From positions 45,508,001 through 45,572,000 of the forward strand of contig OZ024745.1 of NCBI GenBank assembly GCA_964016885.1: DNA of 64,000 nucleotides, written 5' to 3'. The position numbers and the translations under genes were made by a program. Numbering within the stretch: the stretch's first letter is position 1; each line of letters opens with the position of its first letter. Positions 1 through 14,369 of the stretch are shown here, piece after piece. The notes under the pieces are model-generated. The model saw nothing but the letters and a program-made list of their open reading frames with translations, was not told the DNA's origin and ran no database searches. The stretch comes from Eledone cirrhosa. Taxonomy: Eukaryota.

Positions 1-503
1 TATACTTGGGGAGGATCTTATTTGTAATATTGCCAGAATTAATAACAGAACACACTCACTCTTTGGTTGGTTTTCGCTTTTCGCTTCTGTGTCTTTTATA
101 TCGGTAATCTAATTTATTCGGTCCTCAATGTTGCCATTGACTGACCAGCGGTCAAAAATAATACAGATACAATATAGACACAAACACATATATATAGTTT
201 ATCAAAGTTCTTTCGTTGCACATCTGCAACATCGTCAGCGGTGCTATTGTTTCCCCCTGTTACATTGTATTTTCTACGCCATCTTTACTTATTCTGTTTA
301 TATATTTATTTATTTGTTTATTTTAGTTTGTCTTCTTTGCGTATGCGTTTGCGTGTGTGTATAGTGTTTTGTTTGATGTGTGTTCGTGATTGGGTGACTG
401 TGTATTGGTTAATGTATTCTATCTTTACTAGTGTGTGTTTATATGTGTTTGTTGTTATTGTGCTTGTGTATGTATTTATTTATTTATTTATCTATTTATT
501 TAT

Positions 504-1574
504 TTATACTTCTCTCAGGTCAGTGTTGTTTGTTTGGGTGTTTTTGTTATTACATTCATTCTTTCTGTTTAGCCTTGGCCTTCTAAGTTCTATTTCACTG
601 GCCTCTCTGATTTGCCTATCTGCTGGGTCATTTCTATGTTTAGATATTATTCTAATTTCTATGTTGTCTATGTTACCGTCGTGTTGTTGTATGGCATGTT
701 CGTATAGTACTGAACCGTTCTTTCGTCCTTTTAGTTCCCCCCAGTGTTGGTCTATCCTTTCACCTATGCTACGAGCTGTCTCGCCTATGTATGTTGTTGT
801 CATGTTTCTGCAAGTACCTTCTGTACATCTTATGCTATAGACTACGTTTCTAGTTTTACAGTTTATCCGGGGGTTTACAACATATATGATACATTTCCTA
901 TTAGTACAGTGGGTTTTCTTAAAAGGGTAGGTTTTGCTGATCAGGGATTTTATGGTGGTTCCTGGCTTTTCTACCACCTTAATCTTTAAGTGGGTCTTTC
1001 TCAGGGCCTTTCTACACTGATTAGCTAATTTCCCTCCAGGGGTAGCGTCCATAAACATGACACTATGGTATCTCTGGTTGTCGTACCATGAGGTGGCTTT
1101 CCCTATCTTATGTCTAGCCCTATCTAAGCTATTCCATGATTTGCTCCTGTATAATGGGCAAATTCCTTTCATGTCCAGTTCTATGAGGGTCTTATACTTC
1201 TCCATGGCTCCTTCGTATACTCTGACTCTGTCTCTTTGGTTGTAGCCAGAGAACTGCATGCGGTTGATGAAGTGTTGGATGTGTCTTTCCATTTCTGTTG
1301 GGTCGCACATGCGGGACACATTCTTCATCACTCGTTCCAAATCTGCGATCAGAATATTAAACTTAGCACTACTGGACATTGCTGAGTTTTTGAGTATCAG
1401 GTATTTGGAGGCCATGGGTTTAACATAGTGTGAGTGGAGAATTTGGGCTCTCTCGTCTATAGTGTTAATCCAGAGTTCCGTGTCTAATACAGGTAGTCTA
1501 AATAAAGATGGCGTAGAAAATACAATGTAACGGGAGGAAACAATAGCACCACTGACGATGTTGCAGATGTGCAA
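504..1574 (-). pseudogene. PLE RT-thumb/GIY-YIG endonuclease ORF fragment
   Basis: HYVKP, FSGY, Cys-rich linker (CTNRKCII..C) and VVY..C..C...YIGET motif. The N-terminal ~25 aa are read through from the inverted pLTR and are not genuine. Confidence 0.8.
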
Positions 1575-1590
1575 CGAAAGAACTTTGATA
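1547..1590 (+). ncRNA. degenerate hammerhead-like motif in PLE pLTR (mirror copy on - strand at about 200-245)
   Basis: CTGACGA (1552-1558), hairpin GTTGCA...TGCAAC, GAAA (1576-1579). Helix I pairing is poor. Confidence 0.45.
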
Positions 1591-1790
1591 AACTATATAT
1601 ATGTGTTTGTGTCTATATTGTATCTGTATTATTTTTGACCGCTGGTCAGTCAATGGCAACATTGAGGACCGAATAAATTAGATTACCGATATAAAAGACA
1701 CAGAAGCGAAAAGCGAAAACCAACCAAACAGTGAGTGTGTTCTGTTATTAATTCTGGCAATATTACACAAATATGACCCTCCCCAAGTAT

Positions 1791-1795
<5 letters not shown>

Positions 1796-1863
<68 letters not shown>

Positions 1864-1886
1864 TATATAAATATATACACATATAT

Positions 1887-1949
<63 letters not shown>

Positions 1950-2000
1950 TATACATATATATATGTATGTATATATATATATATACACATATATATATAT

Positions 2001-2055
<55 letters not shown>

Positions 2056-2118
2056 TACGTAAATATATGTATATATATATACATATATATATACACACAT
2101 ATATATATTTATATATAT

Positions 2119-2165
<47 letters not shown>

Positions 2166-2186
2166 TATACATATACACATATATAC

Positions 2187-2259
<73 letters not shown>

Positions 2260-2260
2260 C

Positions 2261-2345
<85 letters not shown>

Positions 2346-2355
2346 TATATATATA
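1796..2355. repeat. (TA)n/(TACA) microsatellite
   Basis: Direct inspection. Confidence 0.97.
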
Positions 2356-2356
2356 C

Positions 2357-3740
2357 GTGGGAAAGTAAAAATCGGAGAATAGACCGTTAAAACATGTTTA
2401 TTTAAAATATCACCTACGTACGTTTCGCCCAGTTGGGCTTCTCAAGCGCATAAATAATCACAAGTGTTCCATATATAGTTCGGAAAGAGTTTTGGGGGTT
2501 AAATCTACATCAAGATTCATTGCTCGAAAAAATATCTTGTTTTGATTTTGCAGCAGGTCAAGGGAGGTAACTCTGGCCGGTGTCGGGGCAGTCTTTCCCG
2601 GATAATTTTTTTTTTTTTTTTTTTTTTTTTTTTGCCGCATCCGTTTGTCTGAGGCTGGGTCTGGTATGCAAGGATTGTTTTCTGGGTGTTATTTTGCAGC
2701 GCCTGCCGGCCGGGGTGTTAAGACTTGTTGCAGGGAGATCCAGTGTACTATTTCACTCTTCATCCTTAATCCATCTAAAGAAGGATATTTTTAAGCGATG
2801 TGTACAACTTATCGCTGTTTCAGCTCTGCTGTTGATGAGCTCGTGGGGTGCAGTTATGATGTGGTAGAGCTCCATGAGGCAAAGATCGCATTTCCTCTTG
2901 AAGTTGTACGGTGCAGCCCTGCCGACAATCTCCCAGTGCATGGAGAAGCTGATGTTTGAGTCCTTTAGTGATGTGATGTAGTCCGCGAGCGAAGTGGAGT
3001 GCCTTAGTTTTCTATTTGTGAAAGAGTGGAGATGTGTTCGAAACCTAATTTTGAACGGGCCGGAGGTGGCCCCTATATAATGTTTAACGCTATTGTGGCT
3101 AGTAATAGTGCATCTATATATAACCCTATCAGTCAAGCAGTATCCTCTAAGGGGGCAGCGTCCTCTGTCGCAGCAGTTGCAATTTCTGTCGCGGTTCCGT
3201 CTATTTCCCACGGTAAGGCTATCTTTGTTGCTGCCTACGTTGTTACCTACGCTACCGCAGCTGTCGTTAGCACAATTACAACCAACAGCACGTGGGATGG
3301 TGCGATTGTTATTCCGCACGTCATGTTCTGCATGTTCCCCAGTCACTTCGCGGTCATTCTGGTTGCGTCTGCGGATGCCGTTGCCAACACTATTGGATGC
3401 TGCCAGGGAGCTGTTAAGGCCGATATAGTTATTGTCAGGTGTAGGTGCGTCTGTGTCGAGGTGCTCTGTCTTGGTGATCTTACTGTGGTTCGTTGTTCCT
3501 ATGATGTCTGCTAGGTTAGGAGTAGTAGAGAAGGATATTTTCATATGTTTTAACGGTCTATTCTCCGATTTTTACTTTCCCACGTGCTTACGCTCTGCTA
3601 ACTCTCTAGCCCACAAAATATTAACACTTCGAATATTTAATACTGCCGGCACTAGTATCGAGCACCTTTGGCATATGCTACTTGGCAAATAACTATATGT
3701 ATCACCCATCCCCCCTTTTTTTCTCTTTCTCGATACGTAA
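2357..3740 (-). mobile_element. Penelope-like element 3' fragment (GIY-YIG endonuclease)
   Basis: ORF 2753-3544(-): CNCCDRGRCPLRGYC, RVIYRCTI...KHYIGAT, FKIRFRTH, CDLCLME, LINSRAE...CTHR. Flanked by (TA)n on both sides. Confidence 0.85.
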
Positions 3741-3744
3741 ATAC

Positions 3745-4508
<764 letters not shown>

Positions 4509-5250
4509 CAGTGGCGGACTGGAATTAAAAATATTGGTTGCCAGGAGATGAAGGGTGCCCACCCACATATAGAATGCTATCATTTAATTTTTATAACGAA
4601 TAAATAACATTTTCGAAAAATACATTAGTGGAAACAAAACATAGCAATCAAATGTTTGCGGAAAATATCTTACTTTCACCAATAAAAAATATCTTTCGCG
4701 AAATCCAGAGACTTTCAATAATGACCAGAAGTCGACCCTAAATATTATTAATAGCTCTAGGAAAACCATGAACGACACCACACCTCTTTAACTTTGATTT
4801 TGAAATTAGGTTTATAATTATCAATTTTCGTTATATTTTTGTAGATGTCTCTGTGGCTTAGTTGGAGGAATCAAAGACGATGGTCAGCCTGGTCTGAAGT
4901 TCGATCCTTGTCGGCAAACCTTTTAGTTTTTTTATGTGGGTTGTAAAATAAAAACTGAAAAAGGCTCTTGACCAGGATTGAAACCCAAGGCCAGGATCTC
5001 CACCGTCTCTAGTACCTACCACTATGCTACAGAGACAACTACGGAAATCATGGGAAAATTTATACTTATAAACCTACTTTCAAAATTTTCAAAACAAAGT
5101 GTTGTGGTATCGTTCATATCTTTCTTAAGGTTATTGCTCCTACTTAAGGTCGACTTCCAGATCATTTGGGTGTTCCATAAACTACATCCTCGTTTTGTTT
5201 CGCATCTATCTAGACTTTATTTTAACCTATAATCTATGTTTCATTTCTGC
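4509..5250 (+). mobile_element. dispersed repeat (probable DNA-transposon end, terminus CAGTGGCGGACTGG) with an internal palindrome holding two tRNA-like units
   Basis: Diverged inverted copy at 61405-62155. A related terminus CCGTGGCGGACTGG is at 58554. Internal imperfect inverted repeat at about 4725-5160. Confidence 0.7.
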
Positions 5251-6499
5251 CAGAGAGAGAATGTTTGTATCAATTTCACTTAAAGGAACTCTAATACTAC
5301 TATCAAACTCCCACTCTTAAATGTTTATGCACGAGGCTTGATTTCATGTTTCTGACACAGGAGTAACCAATTTTAACCATACCATGGTTAAAAATCCGGT
5401 CGTGCTTATACCCTGGGAGAAGTGTGCATTTGTGAGTAATAAACATTTTTTCCCACGTTAGTTTTGACACGCAAGGAGAATGAAAGGGAGAACCAGATTT
5501 GTTTTATCTATTCCTAGGTGTTTCTAATTAGTATTAGAGGAGTAGTGCGGATATAGTTTCTGAGAAGCCACTATTTCGTGAGGCTGCATTATAGTAAGGG
5601 GCTGCCCTATCGAAGATAGCTTGGTATGAAGAAAGGTTAGAGATATGTTTGCTAATATTCTTAACAACATTTCTGAAGACTACAACAGAGCCTCCAAGCA
5701 ACTTATAACATCCTGGTTATGGCGAATACTACTTAAGATGATAATATCTCCCAAGACTTGTCAATTTCTCAATTAGTTGTTTCAAATATAATCACCTATA
5801 GCAAACCCTTCACTGTAAATGCTCACTCTCGCAAATAATTCTTCTATTTCTCTTGCATTGATTTCTATTTCAGTTTTACCTATTCATGTGATTTTGCTAA
5901 AATTGTTTTACGTAGGTGTCGAACTGATTGTTTGCTTCAAAGATCAGTATCGTTTTTCATAACGACACAAAATAATTGAATGACAATCTCTTGTTTCAGA
6001 CGTTTATTAATATTTATTACGTTTTAATTTTAAATTTCTGTATTTGAATTTCTATCTTTGTGAGTTCATGTTTTTAACGTTGTTAGCTTGGATAGGACAT
6101 TGTATACGTGCCAGACAACGGAGTACCGACAAAGATCGAATCACAAAACAGCACCAGTACAAAAGAGCGCCGCTACAAGAATACTGGCAAAAGTGTGAAT
6201 GACATTATTTCGCCAGTAACATTTTGTTCCTGATTTTTAAATTGGTTTTCTTATTTCGTGTGCTATATAGAATATTTTGCTTGAGTGGCTTTTCGTCGAT
6301 ACTTACAATAAGTTAACAACTTTTCAATTTTTTGTTATTTTGTAAAAATGGAATTTCGTTCTCAGAAGATGAAACTGCTGAAATCAGTGGCGAATTCATG
6401 GAGTCTTGGAAAATATGCAGAGGTCGAGTGAACAACATTGACAATAATTCTGTACCAAGTCTAGTTGCATCAAATGGAAATCATTTGTTAACAATTCAG

Positions 6500-7480
6500 C
6501 AAACAGAAGCAAATACTTTTACTAAAATAACAGACAGTTCTATTGCAAGACGTTTTTATTCAATGTCCTAAATACACATATAACAAAAGAATGAGAGAAA
6601 GGAAACAGAATTTGGATGGTGAATTGACACCAAACATTAGAAAGAGAAAAATTGTTAATTATCTGTTAAGAACAATAACAAGAAAAAGCCCCCTCTTACA
6701 TGATTACAGTTTGTATGACCCTCATAGATCAATCAGCGATGAAAAAATATCTTGAAATTTTGGCAAATAATGTTGATTAGCTTTTGGCATTATAACCTTT
6801 CTTGTCAACAATTTATTTTAGGACTTGGTCTATATTCTTCACAACAAAATGAACAGAAAAATGAAAACGTTATGCTCAAGACGTACGATTCTTGAAACTC
6901 TTCACTCATTATGAAAAGAACCATTAACGTCCTATTTCTCTCATGTGTGACTTCGAGAAAGTATTTCTTAAAGCATTGCACTATGTTATGTATTCGGTGA
7001 ACAGGTTACCTTTCTTAGTTGTGTATAATATTTGACTCAATGCTTTGGGCAAATATTCAGTCAACTAAACTTGTTAGACTGCTGAATATTTCATCTATGA
7101 TTTTAAAGTCCATGAGGAAGTTAAACTTAATGTTTGTCGTGCACAAAACTATTTTTGATACCTTTCAAGAAATTCAAGATAATATTTCAGATGGCATATT
7201 CCAAAACACATATATTAATCGCCTAGACGTAGACTCCGAGGTAATCATTTGGATTCTGAGATTGTTTCATGAATTTGTCAAGGTGTATCATATTCAAATC
7301 ATGTAATTGAAGTATTGTATAATATGTCATGTGTTGGTTGTTTCGTGACACCCTTCAGTGTTTAAACTTGTTGAAGCTATTCGTCTGGAACAATCTCGTA
7401 CGGAGAATACGATATCAATCATCTTTGCTCGTCAAAAAGTGACAAAAATACTAACTATGAAGGAACGGGAGCATTACTGA
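6500..7480 (+). pseudogene. degenerate MULE/Mutator-like transposase remnant
   Basis: Frame-broken motifs LVYILHNK, PISLMCDFEKVFLKAL (ATG at 6943), LWANIQS...FQNTYI and HPSVFKLVEAIRLEQ (from 7349), typical of MULE DDE transposases. Confidence 0.6.
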
Positions 7481-7745
7481 TCATACTAGTTGGACGAAAT
7501 ATTGATATATATTTATTTATCAATTTTTATGCGTTTCCTGAATTGTAATGGGATTTATGCAAAATCGGAAATATATTCATCATCTCAGTGATTGTAGTAG
7601 TTTTTATTCAGTCATTAGATTGCGGCCTTTATTTGATCGTTCATATCGAACTCAGTCTTTTAAAATCTAGTATTTATTTTATCGATCTCTTTTTGTAGAA
7701 CCACTAAGTTAAGGAACACGGTTACAGAGGCTAACACAGACCACC

Positions 7746-7902
<157 letters not shown>

Positions 7903-8269
7903 ATATAAACTGTCTATTTTAAAGATGTTTATATATGTCTAATAGAATGATCTGTGATACTCCTTTCCACCGAAGTCAACGTTGTCTTTTATCCTTTCAA
8001 GGTTGATAAATAAAATTTCCGGTCCATTACTGCGGTCGATTATTCCTCTATATCTCTTTTCTCCCTTCATTTCTGTCACTCTCTTTCACCATCTCAATGC
8101 CACTATATCGCCTCTACAAATTTATCATACAAACATACATACATACATACATACATACATACATACATACATACATACATACATACATACATACATACAT
8201 ACGTACGTACGTACGTACGTACGTACATACATACGTACATACATACATGTATACATATATGGCAAAATA

Positions 8270-8450
8270 AGCAGTATCGGTACAGCGTCAGACACGATGA
8301 TTTGCAACATAGAGTTATGGCCCTTTACGTTCTTAGTTCAAATGCCAACGAGCTTAACATTGCCTTTCATCTTTACGGGGTCGATAAAATAAAGCACAAG
8401 TAATGCGCTAGTATAATTGTTGACCTTGTGCCGAAAGTAGAAGCAATTAT
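8270..8450 (+). mobile_element. degenerate tRNA-derived SINE (family A)
   Basis: Core TTGCCTTTCATCTTTACGGGGTCGATAAAATAAAG and tail CCTTGTGCCGAAAGTAGAAGCAATTATT shared with other copies in the window. Confidence 0.7.
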
Positions 8451-10020
8451 TTTACCTAAGAACATTTGTTAAGCTATTTTCCAAACCCCGCGGGGAAGTT
8501 CATTATGTTACTAAGCCTATTTAAATTCTTGATTATTTTTCAAATGATTTGAAAATGGTAGGAAATGTCTTTTATTAGAAATATAGTAATTAAATGGCTA
8601 AATCTGTTAATCGGCACAACTATCTGGACATAGACAGTGAACGCCATTGATCAAATTGCCTAGGCCAGTTAACATGCTGATCTTGGCCAAAAACTATATG
8701 ATTCAACATATAAAGAAGTAATGTTTGTGAAGTATACTTTTCTAAAGCCATGGTGTATTTCCCAGCCTTCTCATACACACACGTGCACAAATATGCATAC
8801 ACATAAACACACACATACACTTTAGTTAAGCACACGTGCCACACGCGTATCTTTCATGATGATACGATATTCTCTGGCAATAATAATTTTGGTGTCGATT
8901 TAAATAAAAAAAAAAGATGACTCATTGTCCCAATATTCTACGTTAAGCAAGTGTGTGCCATATGACAGAGAGAATGAGAGTAATATGAGCTGGCATGACA
9001 CAGTCCACATAGGAGCTCCGTGACTGATTCTATGTTCGTTCGAGCATTTTAATACCCAGATATCCATTACATGGCGTCCTATATCACAAGATAATACCAT
9101 AAGCAGGTAAGTCACTTTCAAATTATATAGTTTGATTGTTTCGTTTGCTTATAATATCTAACAAACTAACATCTTTGTAATACCTACTAAAGTCTTTGTT
9201 GCAAGATGTGGTTGTGAGTATATAGCATGTACTATCCATACAAGACTGAGGATCGCTTTCCGAGAAGTAAGGCTATTATATGTATCATATGTATAATTTA
9301 CAGGTGTATGAACAGTGATTTGTTTCACTGTTAAATCTTAACAAATAATGTATATATAGATTTATAGCCATACCTGTATGTAGAGACAAATATAAGGAAA
9401 TTGCGTTTAAACACAGTATAACTGGACGGAGAAAGGAGAATCATTTGGATTAGTTTAAGTCCTTCAAACCCCCAATATATGCAAATTGGTTTAATTAATT
9501 AGCACAAGCTCTCGGTGACCATGGCTTAAAAACACTATCATGGTGAATAGTTAAAAAAAGAATTCACAAGTGTTTAAATTCCCATATAGCATTGAAACTA
9601 GTCCATCAGACCCCCACTTTTCTGAGAAGTAAGGGGATGAATCATAAGCTTCAAGCATACATATATACATATATACGTACATACGTACATACATACTCAC
9701 ACACATACATACATAATGCATACATAATTTATACTTATATAAATAGATAAATATATATTTACATACATATGTATGCATATGTATATATATATGTGTATAT
9801 ATATATGTGTGTGTGTTATATATATATATATGTGTGTGTTTGTGTGTTATATATATTCCCTTGTATTAAATAACCACACACACACACACACATATATATA
9901 TATAAATTTCTGTAAATCCGCAGAAACGCGTAAACACACACACACACACATATATATAATGGCTTCAGCTCGTTGGCTTGAACAATTCAAATTTCATTAT
10001 GTTATGCATATATATATATA

Positions 10021-10512
10021 CTAGACCTGAAAAATGCGCAAGCTCAAAAGAGCCACATAATGTTATAATAAACCTTCAAAAGTGTGGGACTAAAGTTGTT
10101 GCTCAAAAATATTTTAATCATTATCTATCGTACACTCTCTGGCATCCTTTTATAAAAAAAGAGACTCATAACGAACTCAAGACGACACGATAATTATTTA
10201 AGCTAATGTTCAATATCTCATATTAGATGTTTAGTAATGATTAATACGAACTGCACTTAAACCGAATTCTATATTATAAATTCACTTAAATAATTATCGT
10301 GTCGTCTTGAGTTCGTTATGAGCCTCTTTTTTATAAAAGGATGCCACAGAGTGTACGATAGATAATTATTTCAATATTTTTGAGCAACAACTCTAGTCCC
10401 ACACTTTTGAAGGTTTATTATAACATTCTGTGGCTCTTTTGAGCTTGCGCATTTTTCAGGTCTAGTTTAATATTTTTTAAGGCAACGCTTGTAATAACTC
10501 TAGTTAAACATG
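10021..10512. repeat. fold-back element (inverted arms about 10021-10203 and 10284-10465) between (TA)n tracts
   Basis: CTAGACCTGAAAAATGCGCAAGCTC... mirrored by ...GAGCTTGCGCATTTTTCAGGTCTAG, with a few mismatches. Confidence 0.85.
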
Positions 10513-10770
10513 ATATATATATATATTAATACTAAATTATCGTTGTAATGTAATTAGATTATATAATTGTTATTTTATAAATGATCTTATAAATATTATT
10601 GTAAGATGTATACAAATAATTTCAGACTTTTAATATAAACAACTACAAAAAACAATCAATATTAAATAAATATATTTTACATAATAATTATTATAGTTCA
10701 ATTAATACAAATTAAATATTACATACAAATAGTCTAACATAATAATAAAAAATAATCTAACATAATAATA

Positions 10771-10923
10771 ATCGTTTCTACTTTAGGCACAATGCCAGCA
10801 ATTACCCAGTGCATTACTGGTACTTTATTTTATCGACCACGTAAGGATGAAAGGCAAAGTCAACCTCGGCGGGATTTGAACTCAGATCGTAAAGTGACGT
10901 AATCTGAGTTCAAATCCCGCCGA
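10771..10923 (-). mobile_element. SINE family A, 5'-truncated, ending in a short fold-back
   Basis: Reverse complement of the family core and tail. 22-bp inverted repeat at 10866-10887/10902-10923. Confidence 0.8.
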
Positions 10924-11489
10924 AATCTAACACAAAACGAACAATAATATGGACAAATATACAAGTAAATATGATACAACCAATATTATAAGCATGTTAT
11001 AACGAACTGAAAAAAAAATAGCTAATATAAATTTAAAAAATCATATATAAATTAACAAGATAACTTACCAAAACGAGAAAAATATTTTGATGATAAACGA
11101 CGAAATACAGGAGGAGGATTCGTAGCGAAACGATAAATAAACGTGCAAACAAAATGGCGGATGCTTTTGAGCAACAATTACTCTCGTTGGTTGGTTAGCC
11201 AATAAGACGATGAAATTAGCCATTGAGAAGATACATTACAAAACATGTTTGGCAGCGATCACCACGGCCAAGAGACACCCCTTGAATTTTTTATTCACAA
11301 GCTACGCATATATGTCAGACACACAGACTTAAAACATTCTGTTGTTAGTCACTGCGTGTCTAACAGATATATTTTGTATATTTATATATGTTAATATACA
11401 TGTATATTCATGTACATACATAAAACATTTTAATCGGCACAAACACACACACACGCACACACATACACACCCACCCACATACACACATG

Positions 11490-11542
<53 letters not shown>

Positions 11543-11862
11543 GCCCACCCACCCACACACACACCCGCCCACCCACCCACACACACATATATATATTTTT
11601 TTTTGGGGGGGGGGGGGGCACAAGTTGAAGTTTGACAAAACTTTCCGACAGAAAGAAAGATTAATAAAGAGACATATTTAATTGATGACATGTGCTTTTA
11701 ATAAAGCACATTAGCCCGCTTCTCCTTCTTAATCCTTATACATATATGTTTGTTTCTATACATGCTGAAATATACGTGTTGATGGTTACTATGCTCATTC
11801 ACATATATGTGTATACAAACAAACGCATGTTTTATTATTCAAGATAATATATTAAAAATAAT

Positions 11863-12546
11863 ATGACCACACCACCACAACATAATTTAAAAAGGACTGC
11901 ACCTTTTAAAAGGACAAATAATACAATCCTTCAACCTGTAAAACACAACCACCCAAATCACCAACACAAAAACAACATAACACAAAATCACAATACAACC
12001 CTAGTACTAAACCACCCACAAAGCAACCTTAATTCTCCCGCTAACATTAATTACAATAGGAATAGCTCAAGAATTAATGAGAATAGTATGGATACCCCCA
12101 ACAACCATCTTACGTATGGTTGTAATTGCAGAAATAGAAGCATTTGACTCTTAAATGGCAACTGTTTGATTATTAATGTAATATATAAATGCACTGTATC
12201 TACTACTGACTCCAACAAAACATATATAGGATCTACATCAAACACATTTAAGAAAAGATTTTACGCACACTCTAGTAGTTTTAACAATACTAAACTAGCT
12301 AACACCACATCTTTAGCTGAAGCAGTAAATAACTATAAAAAGAAAAAAATAGATTTCAAGCTGTCGTGGAACACCATTCTACAAAGAACTCCATATCTTG
12401 GGAACAGGAGAGAATGCAGGTTATGTTCAGGGAAGATCTTGGAAATTACTAAATCTAAGGACGACTTATTGAATAAAAGACAGGAACTGATTATAGTTTG
12501 TAATCACCGTATAAGAAAAACATTTAAATACTATAAACTTAATTAA
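11863..12546 (+). mobile_element. Penelope-like element GIY-YIG fragment
   Basis: CNCRNRS...NVIYKCTV...KTYIGSTSNTFKKRFYAH...ECRLC...LLNKRQE...CNHR, interrupted by a stop at about 12145. Confidence 0.8.
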
Positions 12547-12751
12547 ATATTCTAAATAGCAACTCACTATAATTCTGTGTAGCGTAACATTTGTTAGTAT
12601 CCCTTTCTCCTAATTATACGCATTCATGTTTATTTCTTACCTTTTAATTTTTTACTTCTTTAGATTTATGCGTTAATGACTAAGGGCAACAAGGTACACA
12701 ACACCCGTAATTGCATGAGTGAATAGGTATCTGTGTATGTATGATATGTGA

Positions 12752-12817
<66 letters not shown>

Positions 12818-13211
12818 GTGTATATGCGAGTATATGTGTATGAGTGTTTATATGTGCGTGTACATTTATGTGTGTGTACTTACATATATGTAATTGTGTA
12901 TAGGTGTGTATATGTAAAAAAATATATATAAATATATGTATGTATGATTGTGTGCACATGTGTAGATGTATGTATATGTTTGCATCTATTTATGCGTGTG
13001 TATATTTTTAATTGAGTATCAATATAACTATACCTCTATCTATAATGTGGGTATATGCAGTTTGTGATCTATGAAATTTATGCCTTTTGACTATGTCAAC
13101 ATGCATTTATCTGAGTTTGATTATTTATACATAGACATACTTGAAAGTATTTTAAGGCGTATCATACGCTGTATTATACTAAGTACAATTTACCACACCG
13201 TACTATATTGT

Positions 13212-13306
13212 GTTGACTTTGCCTTTCATCCTTACGGGGTCGATAAAATAAAGTACCAGTAATGTACTGGGTAATTGCTGGCCCTGTGCCTAAAGTAGAA
13301 ACAATT
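13212..13306 (+). mobile_element. SINE family A, 3' half
   Basis: ACTTTGCCTTTCATCCTTACGGGGTCGATAAAATAAAGTACCAGT core plus tail. Confidence 0.8.
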
Positions 13307-14051
13307 ATATTATATTATTGCATTACTGTATTTCATTATCTTATTATAATTTTCATCTTTTAATATACCGTCTTTCCTAGTCATGACCTTAATTTATATT
13401 CACCTAAAAACTCCATACAACACAACTCAACATTTAACTTTTACATTTCTTTTAAACTTCACTATACCATATACATTCAACTATCTATTTGACAATCCCT
13501 TTCTTCCTAATAGATTTTTTAAAGCATTTCTATTATTAACACCATTCAACCATTCCTTTCAAAGGGTCATGACCTCAACTAAAGTGAATTATTTTTCATC
13601 TTAACATCATATGGAAAAAAAAACAATCTGATTGGTTAGTTCTTCAACTACTTTCAAATGAGGTCATAGAACTAAACATAATACTAATTTACTACTAATT
13701 TTGAATAAAATTATTATTGCTTTTGACAACAGCTGGTGATATGCATGAAAGTAAATATTCTCCTTATTTGATATTTTGTAACTAACCTTACATAGATCGA
13801 TAACGAGGTATAGTTACGATGTATTATCACCTAGAAACGATCGTAAAGCAGTGAAGTATATTTCTAATGACTTGATTTTTTATTTCATTGTTTTAACATA
13901 TATCATGACTTTGTTTTCCTTTTAATGTTTTATTGTTTTCCGGGATTTATTTTAACTTACAACATTTTCAACATACGGATTACATTGAGTTCTTCATGCA
14001 GACTAGACCCCACAACTTACCGTGGATATCTCTGTGTATATATATATATAT

Positions 14052-14275
14052 ATTAGAAAGTGAGTTTTCTTTTACAAAATGAAAAAATAACCGAGGTGTC
14101 CTACATAAGGGAAAGTATAAGGGAAAAAGATGAAATCCAAAATGCAACTGGAGTCTTATTTTTAAAAAATATATATATTTATTTGGTTCCTTTACCGGTA
14201 AAGGAACCAAATAAATATATATTTTTTTTAAAATAAGACTCCAGTTGCATTTTCGATTACATTTTTTTCCTTATA
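14052..14275. repeat. fold-back element centred on TTTA-CCGG-TAAA (14195-14198), between (TA)n tracts
   Basis: Arms ...AAATGCAACTGGAGTCTTATTTT... / ...AAAATAAGACTCCAGTTGCATTT... Confidence 0.8.
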
Positions 14276-14290
14276 TATATATATATATAT

Positions 14291-14345
<55 letters not shown>

Positions 14346-14369
14346 GAAGAAGAGAGGGAGAGAGAGAGT

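Larger units (their letters stand above)
1..1794 (-). mobile_element. 5'-truncated Penelope-like retroelement with inverted pseudo-LTR copies (about 1-290 and 1500-1791)
   Basis: Minus-strand ORF 504-1574 carries the PLE RT C-terminal region and a GIY-YIG endonuclease (NVVYSIRC...TYIGETARSIGERIDQH...RQIREASEI...LN). 1-290 is the near reverse complement of 1500-1791. The element abuts (TA)n. Confidence 0.85.

Noticed and set aside
2408-2452. HHR-like motif on - strand (CTTGAGAA-hairpin-GAAACGTACGTA)
   Set aside because: Non-canonical core and no convincing helix I, so not called as a ribozyme.
4847-5036. True tRNA genes
   Set aside because: A/B boxes are present but I cannot form a proper cloverleaf, and they lie in a dispersed repeat.
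9060-9106. Candidate upstream exon (cccag|...CAG|gtaagt; ISITWRPISQDNTIS)
   Set aside because: Good donor, but no recognisable similarity to RET extracellular or transmembrane regions. Needs RNA evidence.
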